A stretch of DNA of 64,000 nt, from the IMG/VR virus record IMGVR_UViG_3300046660_000219, positions 62,001-126,000 of that record; one strand, given 5' to 3'. The notes below the pieces were generated by a model. The model did no database searches. It worked only from the letters and a program-made list of their open reading frames with translations, and was not told where the DNA came from. The position numbers and the translations under genes are program-made. This document shows, piece after piece, positions 19,396 through 28,784 of the stretch; position 1 is the stretch's first letter, and each line of letters starts with the position of its first letter.

Positions 19396-20535
19396 ATGTT
19401 TGACGTGGTTTCAACGCTCAATGAGCGTTTGGCGGAATCTGATTTTTGGCTACACGCAGCGCAAGTGTTCGAGGATACTCTTAACCGGCAGGTGGCCGAT
19501 CCGTTGGCTGAAGCGGCTCGCGCCAACCTGTCTCAGCGCTACCTGCGCGGCGACATAGTTGATCCGCGCACCTTCCCGTTGCTACAACCTGTCGATCCGA
19601 CTGAAGGTAAAACTATAGATCAGTTGATCGCCGAGCGTGTGCGAGAGGCTACCGTTTATGTGGTGTTCTCTCTACCCGCCGGCCACGCGGATCTTACGCC
19701 AACTACAAATGCTATCCTGTACCTGACCATCGACGGGATCATGTATTGGACGCCGATCGATCGCTACACATCGCGCCCTCTGCTGATTCAAGAAGCACGC
19801 TATCAAGGTCTTGATTACTTCTCTGATACTATTTCTACGGCTGATTACGGACGGTTGGTTGACACCATCGGCCAATACATGGCTGAGTCAGGTAGCAACA
19901 AAGCGTTCAGCAAATATCTGGGATTCCTAAAAGATATTCGTCTGCTGGTAGATCAGTTGTGGACGCCGGAAGACGACAACGAGTTCTTCACAGAATTGCG
20001 ATCACTAGACTACAGCATGGATACCATTCTAACCGGTGGTACGTGGTATCCAACATCGCACGTGGACTTGCTGTACGACGTGCTGCGCGACACGAACCTC
20101 AACGATTTGAAGAGCCTGTTCTTCCTGCTAGCGCCGATCAACTTGGTGCTGCACCGTCTTGTTCCTACTATTTTTGCCGACATCCAGATAGCCTTCATTG
20201 GCGGTAGTATGCTCACGATCTTTGATCGGGGCGATTTGGATATTGATACCATTATCAGCGAAGGGGAGTCCTCATTCGTGTACCTTACGCGCCCTGACGG
20301 TACATTCTTGACCAGACCTGACGGTACCTTCTTGATAAGGCTTGTTGGTACTCCGCCTGGAGAAGACGAAGGTGACATTTTCCTTACTCGTCCGGACGGC
20401 TACCTGCTGACGCGTCCTGATGGTACGTATCTCATTCGTGACGTGGAAGGCACTACCACGGAAACGCTGTTGACGCGTCCCGATGGTGCTTTCCTGCTTC
20501 TGCCTAACGGTAGCTACATCATCCGAGATGAATAG
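19396..20535 (+). CDS. Baseplate wedge gp7/I-like with C-terminal LTRPDG repeats
   Basis: Follows gp6-like gene; WYPTSHVDL; three double motifs at C-terminus. Confidence 0.6.
   Translation: MFDVVSTLNERLAESDFWLHAAQVFEDTLNRQVADPLAEAARANLSQRYLRGDIVDPRTFPLLQPVDPTEGKTIDQLIAERVREATVYVVFSLPAGHADLTPTTNAILYLTIDGIMYWTPIDRYTSRPLLIQEARYQGLDYFSDTISTADYGRLVDTIGQYMAESGSNKAFSKYLGFLKDIRLLVDQLWTPEDDNEFFTELRSLDYSMDTILTGGTWYPTSHVDLLYDVLRDTNLNDLKSLFFLLAPINLVLHRLVPTIFADIQIAFIGGSMLTIFDRGDLDIDTIISEGESSFVYLTRPDGTFLTRPDGTFLIRLVGTPPGEDEGDIFLTRPDGYLLTRPDGTYLIRDVEGTTTETLLTRPDGAFLLLPNGSYIIRDE
20284..20532 (+). repeat. LTRPDG double peptide motif, copies B-D
   Basis: LTRPDGTFLTRPDGTFLIR; LTRPDGYLLTRPDGTYLIR; LTRPDGAFLLLPNGSYIIR separated by short acidic or Thr-rich linkers. 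Confidence 0.9.
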
Positions 20536-20579
20536 CGATCGCTTATTTTTTAATCAACCTGTTTGTCTAGGAGGCTACC

Positions 20580-21254
20580 TTGGCTGATCCTTCCATTCCT
20601 ACCGTTTTTGATCTAAGCGCTGAAGTTGGCCAGACGCAGCTCGCCATCATTGAGCTTCAGATCACCGGCAAACTCGCTTACGGTGAAACCCTAACCGCCA
20701 ATGTCGGTGCGTGGTCTAACACCCCTGTGACCATGTCGTATCAATGGTACCGCAACGCCGTCGCCATCTCCGGTGCAACGCGTTCGACTCACCTTGTCCG
20801 CCACACCGATGTCAATACGACCATCTCGTGCATTGCGACCGTGGTTAATGCCACGCAAACGCAGTCGGCCACGTCAAACCTGCTCACCACGTCTATTGGC
20901 AGCGCGCAGGCTCCCGCCAATACGGTCCAACCTGTGCTAACCGGTACGGCGGTCTCTGGTAATACTCTTTCTGTCACTGATGGTACGTGGCTCTACAATC
21001 CCACGAACTACTATTACCGTTGGTATCGCAATAACGTGTTGATCGCTGGCGCGTCGGCTAACACCTATGTCGTTACTGACTCAGAAGTGGCTACGCTAAT
21101 CACCTGTATAGTTATGGCGAAGAACGCTGTCGGCTATACGGAAATCACTAGTAACGCTGTTGGCCCAGTGGAAGAAGCCGGGACCTTCTTGACGCGACCG
21201 GATGGTGTGTTCCTGACGCGTCTCGACGGCACGTTCTTGTTGCGCGCGGCATAA
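20580..21254 (+). CDS. Tandem Ig-like domain virion protein with C-terminal LTRPDG module
   Basis: Two repeats of G.TL...G.W...Y.WYRN...I.GA...T..V. Confidence 0.75.
   Translation: MADPSIPTVFDLSAEVGQTQLAIIELQITGKLAYGETLTANVGAWSNTPVTMSYQWYRNAVAISGATRSTHLVRHTDVNTTISCIATVVNATQTQSATSNLLTTSIGSAQAPANTVQPVLTGTAVSGNTLSVTDGTWLYNPTNYYYRWYRNNVLIAGASANTYVVTDSEVATLITCIVMAKNAVGYTEITSNAVGPVEEAGTFLTRPDGVFLTRLDGTFLLRAA
21189..21251 (+). repeat. LTRPDG double peptide motif, copy E
   Basis: LTRPDGVFLTRLDGTFLLRAA. Confidence 0.9.
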
Positions 21255-21280
21255 CTACAAAGTCGTAAGGAAATAGTAAC

Positions 21281-22516
21281 ATGGTAACTGCGGTCCTTGC
21301 TTCTACGGACATTGCTACGGCTGGTGGTGCGCTAGCTACAGACGTTGCCGCGACCGGACGTGTTATTTCGCAAAGTGGGCGCACTGGGTGGCTGTATGGT
21401 CACGCTAGCGCGTTTGATATCGTGTATCGGGATGTGCTCCCGGCTAACGCCATCTACCCTGGTTCGACGCTAACCTTAGCAGGACTGATCTCTAAGTACT
21501 CTCCATACAATGGTGGTCACGGTATTAGGATAAGCTTAGCGCAAGGCGCTAACAAAATTACCATTGGTCAAAATGATATCGCAGCTACACTGGGCTCGTA
21601 CTCTTTTGAACATACGATCCATTTCAGCTATGATCGCAAATGGGCGTGGTCCGACGTTCTTACCATTAATATCTTCAACATCGCGTCTATCAGCGGTGCT
21701 TCAACTACTGATCAGACCGTGGCTGGTCGCATTCTGACTCCGCAACAAGCCATTGCTAATGGTTCTCCAGCCAGCAAGTCACCGCGCCAAAAATCTAACT
21801 CAAGTGCGTTTGCTTCGTATAGTGCACCACCCACGGTCGAGACGATTCTAATCGATTTCGCGCAACCTGTTATACTTACAGTTGAACTGAAAGGTGTAGC
21901 TAACGATAGCTTTGAACTTCTCAACTTCCGTGCAGTAAACTTCGCCCCGTCTGCTACCGGTGCGTCGAAGGCGTATAAAGCTACTCTTTGTGCGGGCGAT
22001 AGTCTCACGGAAGGTACTGGGTCCACCACGGGCAACGATTGGGTTAACGCTCTCGCAAAAATGACCTCTCGGCAAGGTCGTACCTTTCTAGGTGATGGTC
22101 TTGGTGGGCAGTTGATAACCTCAATTGCCGATCGTGTTATAGCCGATCAGGTGGCAGGCAAATACTGGGATCTACTGTTGTGGGCCGGCATCAATGATGT
22201 TCAGACGGACCAAGCGGCGTGGTGGAGCGTTGTTACTACGCAAATAGATCGGATCAAGGCCTTTCGTGCACCCGGTACGAAGATGTTGATCATGAACTAT
22301 CACAACAGTACGGCATGGACGGGTGGGCAGCAATCTGCTGCTGCCTACGTCAACGCGCAACTGTTGTCCAAGTATGGTGCGGACGTGGTGGATTTGGCGA
22401 CGCTGATCAATGGTAATGCTGGTTACTATTCCGACGCTATTCACTTGAACGACTCCGGTTACGCTGTGGTCGCTACCGCCGTCGATGCTAAAATGACGGC
22501 ACGTAGCTTCACCTAA
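21281..22516 (+). CDS. Virion-associated SGNH hydrolase
   Basis: CAGDSLTEG, WAGIND and DAIHLN in C-terminal half. Confidence 0.85.
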   Translation: MVTAVLASTDIATAGGALATDVAATGRVISQSGRTGWLYGHASAFDIVYRDVLPANAIYPGSTLTLAGLISKYSPYNGGHGIRISLAQGANKITIGQNDIAATLGSYSFEHTIHFSYDRKWAWSDVLTINIFNIASISGASTTDQTVAGRILTPQQAIANGSPASKSPRQKSNSSAFASYSAPPTVETILIDFAQPVILTVELKGVANDSFELLNFRAVNFAPSATGASKAYKATLCAGDSLTEGTGSTTGNDWVNALAKMTSRQGRTFLGDGLGGQLITSIADRVIADQVAGKYWDLLLWAGINDVQTDQAAWWSVVTTQIDRIKAFRAPGTKMLIMNYHNSTAWTGGQQSAAAYVNAQLLSKYGADVVDLATLINGNAGYYSDAIHLNDSGYAVVATAVDAKMTARSFT

Positions 22517-22537
22517 ACCAAACTACTATTTATACAT

Positions 22538-22588
22538 CAGTGATCGTGTCCGCTAATTTACTGTGTGACCAAACGGGCACGATCACTG
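22538..22588 (+). promoter_or_regulatory. 15-bp hairpin with CTAATTTA motif in loop
   Basis: cagtgatcgtgtccg / cgggcacgatcactg; loop starts ctaatttac. Confidence 0.65.
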
Positions 22589-22610
22589 TAGAAACAAATA
22601 GTACCGTAGG

Positions 22611-23306
22611 GTGGTAAAGGGACGTCAAATCATGCTTGTGTACATGCCCACGGTCGGTAAGGATAAGCTGGCCGCGTCACTAGACGACCCCGTCGCTCCT
22701 AAGATTATCCTGAACAGCTTTCAGGTCGGCGAAGACATCGGTTTCACGCCTAACCTGTCTATGGGCGCACCTGAGCCGCTTGCCATCTACACGGGAGGCG
22801 CGGACAAAATGGCCGCGTGGTACGTGTCGCCGTACTTCCTGGCTATCCGTATCTTTTTGCCACACGCCGTCGGACCTTTTGACGTCGGCAATATCATGAT
22901 CTTCGACGACACCGGAACACCGATCGTTGGAGGCATTGCGCGTACCGTTTACAAGAAGTACATCACGATAAGTGATATGCGCGCGGGCAACCACCTTGTG
23001 TTGACCTTGGGTCTGCGTAGTGCTTCGCAGCGCGATCTGTCGAGTTCTATACTGCTAGATAATGTTGGCGACGCGCTCGCAACCATTTCGTCTGTAGAGA
23101 CGGAACTACTGCTGAAGCCCGCCCCGTCGTCGCGTATTGGTATCGCCAACATCGACGCGCACACCAATGACGGCAAACCCGTCGCTGCTTACAAGATTCC
23201 GAGCGCAACCGGCCCCGATATTTGGATGGGTATGGCTCTGTATGACATTGCCGAAGTCGCTAGCAATACTGTTAGTGGTGGGACAATGGGTGATGGCTAT
23301 GCTTAA
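22611..23306 (+). CDS. Tail-fibre adaptor (P2 gpH N-terminus-like); start may be ATG 22632
   Basis: VGPFDVGNIMIFDD; paralog of next gene. Confidence 0.6.
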   Translation: MVKGRQIMLVYMPTVGKDKLAASLDDPVAPKIILNSFQVGEDIGFTPNLSMGAPEPLAIYTGGADKMAAWYVSPYFLAIRIFLPHAVGPFDVGNIMIFDDTGTPIVGGIARTVYKKYITISDMRAGNHLVLTLGLRSASQRDLSSSILLDNVGDALATISSVETELLLKPAPSSRIGIANIDAHTNDGKPVAAYKIPSATGPDIWMGMALYDIAEVASNTVSGGTMGDGYA

Positions 23307-23320
23307 CGAGGCGAATAGAT

Positions 23321-24142
23321 ATGAGTAACATTACCCAAATCGAGACGCGCCTCAACGAGGAAGCTGGTCTTAACTTTCTACGCGCCGCGATAGTCAATGA
23401 GACGCCGATTTCGGTGTCAACGTTTCACATTGGTACGGCGGTAGATTTTTACCCTGATCCAACGGCTTCCGAAGTTTCCGGCACGCTGGTCTACACGGGC
23501 AACGCCAATCAAATTTCTACGTCGCAGGACGCGGACAACAATCTGATTTATACCATTACCTTGAACGAAAACATCGGATCGTTCTCGGTTGGAAACATCA
23601 TGGTCTTCGCTAACGTTGCCGGTGATGGCGGGGCGGGTTTTCCGCTATGGCAAACGGTACTACCATACGCAACTCAAAAACTTGCTACGGTTGGTGAAGA
23701 TCTGGGTAACGTGTTGGTCATTCGCACGACGATCAATATCGTTGATGGTTCGGCGTTAACTACCATTACTATCAACCCAGTCAACGAATTGTACGGGATT
23801 ATCCCGTCCGTGGCGACTGAGGTAGATCTACCTGCACCTAGCCCTTCTGCCAATCCTCAGTACATTATCCAAAACGTTACTGGCTCTGGCGTTCCTGCCA
23901 TCGCAACCCTACGTGCATCGGATAATCTGTGGTATGCCAACGGTTTCCTGCAACGCCTAGATGATCACCGTCTAGGTTGGATTAGTGGCGGCTGGTACGG
24001 TGATGGCTACTACGTGATCCGCAACGTCTCTACAGTTTTTGGTGGATTTTTCGAAACCGCTAATGGTAGTTTCACCGGTTCATATAACGGCGGCGACAAC
24101 TGGGCTGTGGCTACGAACACGCTCGACGGAGGTATTTGGTAA
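23321..24142 (+). CDS. Tail-fibre adaptor paralog
   Basis: IGSFSVGNIMVFAN; ends TLDGGIW. Confidence 0.6.
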   Translation: MSNITQIETRLNEEAGLNFLRAAIVNETPISVSTFHIGTAVDFYPDPTASEVSGTLVYTGNANQISTSQDADNNLIYTITLNENIGSFSVGNIMVFANVAGDGGAGFPLWQTVLPYATQKLATVGEDLGNVLVIRTTINIVDGSALTTITINPVNELYGIIPSVATEVDLPAPSPSANPQYIIQNVTGSGVPAIATLRASDNLWYANGFLQRLDDHRLGWISGGWYGDGYYVIRNVSTVFGGFFETANGSFTGSYNGGDNWAVATNTLDGGIW

Positions 24143-24816
24143 TGCGCACCACTTTCCGTATTGGTACGGGCTCCGCGCCTAGCACAGAGCACCTAGAGCC
24201 AGGTGAAGGTGTGTTCGATCCAAACCTTCGGCGTTTTGGTATCGGCATTGGTGGACAAACACCGGCTTGGTATCCAGCCATTGACATCAATGGCCATCTG
24301 TCCTTGCTCTCTGGTCAGCGCATAACGGCGCAAGACAATGACAGTAGCATCGCGCTAGGATCGTCAGGTCCCGTGGTCGCGTACAAAGGCTACAACATCA
24401 CCACCTTTGTTGGTGTTGACGCTTCGGTGAACGGCGTTAGCATTGCTAACGCGATCACTTCTGAAGCTCCTACAATTTCGGCTGTTGGTAGTGACACCAA
24501 CATCGAGCTGCGCCTAGCATCACAAGGTAGCTCTGGCGTTGCCCTGGCGACAGCTACCAACAAGGTTCAAGCCAAAGCCGTCCACAATGCGGCGGCTGTC
24601 AATTATGTTACCTTTAAAGGTAGCGCCGCCAATACCGCTGTCACGCTCAGTGCCGACGGCGCTAGCAGCACGATCGATCTAAAGCTTGAGCCCAAAGGTC
24701 CTGGCTACGTGCAGCTTGCTTCAGCGTTCAGCGCGTCGGCTGACGCTGCTGTTACAGGTTACATCCGCATCAAAGACGCAAGCGGCACTATCCGCAAATT
24801 GGCCATCATCTCGTAA
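24142..24816 (+). CDS. Short tail fibre protein
   Basis: N-terminal LEPGEGVFD head-binding-like motif; internal repeats of IELRLASQG/IDLKLEPKG type. Confidence 0.6.
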   Translation: MRTTFRIGTGSAPSTEHLEPGEGVFDPNLRRFGIGIGGQTPAWYPAIDINGHLSLLSGQRITAQDNDSSIALGSSGPVVAYKGYNITTFVGVDASVNGVSIANAITSEAPTISAVGSDTNIELRLASQGSSGVALATATNKVQAKAVHNAAAVNYVTFKGSAANTAVTLSADGASSTIDLKLEPKGPGYVQLASAFSASADAAVTGYIRIKDASGTIRKLAIIS

Positions 24817-24840
24817 CGCCCGCTAAGGGAGCATAATAGT

Positions 24841-27800
24841 ATGACCGACAAAATCCTTATCCGTCGCGGTGCGTCTACGGCCATGCCTACGCTTGATCTC
24901 GGCGAGATCGCGTACCAATCCGACACCAAGGCGGGCGTTATTGGGGATAACACCCCCGAAGGCGCTAAGTTCGTCACTGAGAAATCTACCGGTACCTTTG
25001 ATTTCACGCTATCGCAGCGTTGGAAGTTGCCGCGAGTTCACGCACTGGCTGGTGCTGTGGCCACACCGACCATTACCTTTCCTAACGGCACTAATGTCTA
25101 CGACACGGGCTTCTATGGTCCCGCCGCTGGGCAGATTGGTGTGTCGCTAAGTGGGGTGTCTGTTGCTACCTTTGCTAGCGACAAATTCACGTTTGCTAAG
25201 CGTCTCGTGTTCACCAACACGGACGGTCTGAAGCTACCGGCCGGTACGAATATACAACGCACCGGTACGCCGGGGATTGGTGAAATCCGCCTCAACACGT
25301 CGGTCGGTACCGGCGTGGTGGAATTCTACAATTCGGCTGGCGCCTGGGTTACCCTTTCTATCGCCAGTGGCGTTTACTTCAACAACTACGGCCTCTCTAC
25401 GGGTAGTTCGACGGCGATTAGTGTTACGACCGACGATGGCGCGACCACCTTGACTGATGGGATGCACGCCTACGTCAAGATGCACACGTCGTTGAACGCT
25501 GGGGCTACGCTAAACAAAAACGGTACGGGTGACATCGCGATTCAGCATAACAGTGGTGATGCTATCGCTAACGGCGACGTTGAGCAAGGTATCGTCGCGC
25601 ACTTCGTCTACGACTTGGCGTTGAATGTTTGGCGTTTTCTCAATCCTGCTACTGTTAGTGGCGGGGGCGGTGGTAACGATACATCGTCGGGTGGTGTCGT
25701 TACGGCGTTTTCGACTATGGTTGCGGGTGAAAATCTGGCGGCCAAAGACGTCGTTACGATGTGGCCGGATGGTAAGCTGCGCTACGCTATTTCTAGGACA
25801 AATGACACCTACAACGACTATCGTTTGCGCCCCGTGCTTCTGAACAGCACGGCGTACAATAGTTTCGGTACTATTAGTGAAACCGGTGCCAGCTATACCA
25901 CGCGCATTGACAGTTCGCTTGAAGTTGCGCAGCGCGGTGATCGCTTCGCTACAGCTATCGGTGCGTATGTCGTGACTGCCGTAATCACATCCAACCTACG
26001 AGTTGGTTATGTTGTTACGCAATCCAATGGCGCGCCTGTATCTAGTGCGGAAATCACTACACAAGCGTTCTCCGCCGCATCGACCACCAAGCGCTCCGCA
26101 CCACAAGTGGTACGTCTTGGCACGAACCGTTTCTGTATCGTTTGGTGGGGGCCTAGCGGTTCAGCGGACACCGGAACTAATACCGTTCACTTTGCTGTCT
26201 ATTCGGTCAGCTCTACCGGCGTCGTTGCTCAGATTACTGCACCGACTTTGATCACTACTGTTGCTACCGGTATGCACGATTACGACATCGTGCGTCTGTC
26301 GGACGGCTCAGTGGCGGTGGCTTGGGTCGTCGGTGAAGACGGCGGTGGACCTACTGTTTATGCTTTGGGTTCCGCCGTCATAGGTCTCGCTGGAACTATC
26401 AGTTTTGCGGCGGCTACGCATACACGTACAGGAACTAACGCAGCCAAAGACGAAGCTTTAGTACAGCCGTGGCAGTTCCAAAAATCTATACAACTCTGCG
26501 CGTTTGGTGATGGTTCATTCGTTGTTGGGTTGGCCTCCTCGCTATATACGCTGGGTACTTCAGTCTCCTTCCAATTACACCGTATTAGTAGCGGCAACTC
26601 ATATCTGGGTCGTCAATCTTACAATGACGTCACTGATGGGACCGATACCTTTACAAATTCGGCCAACTTCCACCTGCATTCGCTTCCTAACGGTGATGTT
26701 GGCTTTGTCCACTGTATCACTCAAACCACCACTGGCAGTGGTGGTCCGGCTGGGCAGCGTGTTGGTGTAATGGCGGCGGACGGTACGCTACGGTTTACGC
26801 TGCTTCAGGACGTAAGTACGGTGTTTTATATCACTGGCGGCGGTACCACGTTTGGTCACGAAGGTGGCTGTGTTCGTATCTATCCGCTCGCTGACAACAG
26901 CGTTGTACTGATCAAATATCGACGCATGAATAGCGTTGGTGGTATTCCTGGTTCTACGCTGGAAATCAATTCGTATCTAATCCCATTAGTTAGCGGGACT
27001 TATGGTGCGGGGGTTAACAGACCCTACATTATGCCAGCTTACAGTTACACTACCTTAAATGCGGATAGTTTGCGCTTCAGCCTGGAGATTCCTTCGACGG
27101 CTGATGGCCTATTCACAGTTGTCAGCGGTGTTGACACGTTGGCCAGCCCGTCTACACCTGCGCGTCAGGATGTGTTGCTGCGTTTCGATCCAAATAACGC
27201 TACACTAACGCGATATACGATTCTGACTGAGAATGGTAGTCGCTATACTAACACTATGCTACTTGATGCGACGCATCCCGAGTATAGTGACGCTGGTATT
27301 CACATGTCTATCGCATATCAGATGGATGTCACTGCAGGTGCGCAGGCCGCTCGCGCAGCGACACGACTTAAGGTAGCTTCGTTAGCCTCGCAAATCACTC
27401 GACGCGTGCCTATTGGTGTTACGTCGTCATCGGCGCTAGCTAACAATAACGTTGTGACTCAGATCAGCGGTTATGTAGAGACTCGTCTCACGTTTGCGCC
27501 GGGCTTAGCAGCGGATGGTCGTCTAGGTGTAAATGGTATGCCTGGGCAGAAAATCTCAGTGCTCGGTAACAAGGCGCTGTTGATTGGTTACACAGATGCG
27601 ACCAGCTCTACACCGATCCTCAACAATGTCTTGCTATCGGTTACCTCCGGTATATCCGCTTCGTATACCGTGCCTCTCGGTTTTTACTTTAAATTCCAAC
27701 CACGTGGTTTTGGTAGCAGCAGTAGCAGCACGCCGGTTTTCGTATATATAAATGGTTCACCGTTATCGATAGCCACCACCCCCGGCGGTGTCGATGAAAC

Positions 27801-27906
27801 CGACGACAACACGACATACGCCGCCGCTGGAGATGTGATTACCGTTAGCACGAACTATGGTGGTATTGCTCTCATTACCCTCATGGGTTTCCTAATAGCT
27901 GCTTAA
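24841..27906 (+). CDS. Long tail fibre/receptor-binding protein
   Basis: 1021 aa; N-terminal ILIRRG...LDLGEIAY; Thr/Ser/Gly beta-rich. Confidence 0.8.
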   Translation: MTDKILIRRGASTAMPTLDLGEIAYQSDTKAGVIGDNTPEGAKFVTEKSTGTFDFTLSQRWKLPRVHALAGAVATPTITFPNGTNVYDTGFYGPAAGQIGVSLSGVSVATFASDKFTFAKRLVFTNTDGLKLPAGTNIQRTGTPGIGEIRLNTSVGTGVVEFYNSAGAWVTLSIASGVYFNNYGLSTGSSTAISVTTDDGATTLTDGMHAYVKMHTSLNAGATLNKNGTGDIAIQHNSGDAIANGDVEQGIVAHFVYDLALNVWRFLNPATVSGGGGGNDTSSGGVVTAFSTMVAGENLAAKDVVTMWPDGKLRYAISRTNDTYNDYRLRPVLLNSTAYNSFGTISETGASYTTRIDSSLEVAQRGDRFATAIGAYVVTAVITSNLRVGYVVTQSNGAPVSSAEITTQAFSAASTTKRSAPQVVRLGTNRFCIVWWGPSGSADTGTNTVHFAVYSVSSTGVVAQITAPTLITTVATGMHDYDIVRLSDGSVAVAWVVGEDGGGPTVYALGSAVIGLAGTISFAAATHTRTGTNAAKDEALVQPWQFQKSIQLCAFGDGSFVVGLASSLYTLGTSVSFQLHRISSGNSYLGRQSYNDVTDGTDTFTNSANFHLHSLPNGDVGFVHCITQTTTGSGGPAGQRVGVMAADGTLRFTLLQDVSTVFYITGGGTTFGHEGGCVRIYPLADNSVVLIKYRRMNSVGGIPGSTLEINSYLIPLVSGTYGAGVNRPYIMPAYSYTTLNADSLRFSLEIPSTADGLFTVVSGVDTLASPSTPARQDVLLRFDPNNATLTRYTILTENGSRYTNTMLLDATHPEYSDAGIHMSIAYQMDVTAGAQAARAATRLKVASLASQITRRVPIGVTSSSALANNNVVTQISGYVETRLTFAPGLAADGRLGVNGMPGQKISVLGNKALLIGYTDATSSTPILNNVLLSVTSGISASYTVPLGFYFKFQPRGFGSSSSSTPVFVYINGSPLSIATTPGGVDETDDNTTYAAAGDVITVSTNYGGIALITLMGFLIAA

Positions 27907-27945
27907 GCGTCATTAACACTTCTCAGTCTATAAGGAATCACAGTT

Positions 27946-28464
27946 ATGACGGTACGTTACATTTCAGTGTTCAACGACATCGTGATTGGTGTTATCACAC
28001 TAGAGCAATATGATGAAGTTGACGAAAGTGTAAAATTCAAGTGGACACCAACTGATCGCACTGACATTCGCTTTGGTTGGTTGCGTAAAGGTAATGATTT
28101 TGTCGCACCGGTTATCGACGAGACAACGGGTGAAGCCGCTAGTGACGACTACTTCACTAAGGTAGACAAGAACATTTTCTACATGCTGTTCACGCCGCAA
28201 GAAGAGGCAGCTATCCGCACGATCGCCAAGACTAATCCCTTGATTGACGTGTTGGTCAACCGTCTCGACAAAGCGGAAAACGTTAACTTGACACTACCGA
28301 CCGTGCAGCAAAGTCTACAATTATTGCAGACCACGCCCGGCACGTTACTGACAGCGCAGCGCGTTGCTCATATAAAGGAACGGAAGTTCCCGACCAACGA
28401 TGAGCTTATGGCCTCTGAGGTAGCACGTCTGCAATGGTTGGAAGATCATCCGCCGGAAGAATAA
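27946..28464 (+). CDS. Tail fibre assembly chaperone-like
   Basis: Directly after fibre; GWLRKGNDFVAP and LFTPQEEAAI patterns. Confidence 0.6.
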   Translation: MTVRYISVFNDIVIGVITLEQYDEVDESVKFKWTPTDRTDIRFGWLRKGNDFVAPVIDETTGEAASDDYFTKVDKNIFYMLFTPQEEAAIRTIAKTNPLIDVLVNRLDKAENVNLTLPTVQQSLQLLQTTPGTLLTAQRVAHIKERKFPTNDELMASEVARLQWLEDHPPEE

Positions 28465-28520
28465 ATAGCAGGAGAGGTCGTGGATACGCTGCGACCTCTC
28501 CTGCCAACGAAAGCGCATCA

Positions 28521-28772
28521 ATGGAAAAGGTAAGTGTAGGAATTACTGTTCGCCAAGCCTTGAATGACGGTTATGCGCGCAAGAGTGACGGCGGTATTGA
28601 AGTTTCTTCTGTTCCTGCCATGCAGTTCTACCTACAAGAACAACAAAGGGTAATTCAAGAACAAGCTGATCAAATACTGTTGCTTCGCGCTCAACTAGCG
28701 CACGCATTGTCGGTTGCGGATTCTGTCATGGTGACAGTTACTAAGGCGACCATTATTCACGAAGAAGAGTAG
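28521..28772 (+). CDS. Small coiled-coil protein
   Basis: Heptad-like QQRVIQEQADQILLLRAQL; fills gap before endolysin. Confidence 0.5.
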   Translation: MEKVSVGITVRQALNDGYARKSDGGIEVSSVPAMQFYLQEQQRVIQEQADQILLLRAQLAHALSVADSVMVTVTKATIIHEEE

Positions 28773-28784
28773 GGGGCTATCGCC

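Noticed and set aside
20284-20532. CRISPR-like or DGR repeat array
   Set aside because: Repeats are in-frame, vary at wobble positions without adenine-specific bias and have no unique spacers; no cas or reverse transcriptase gene in the window
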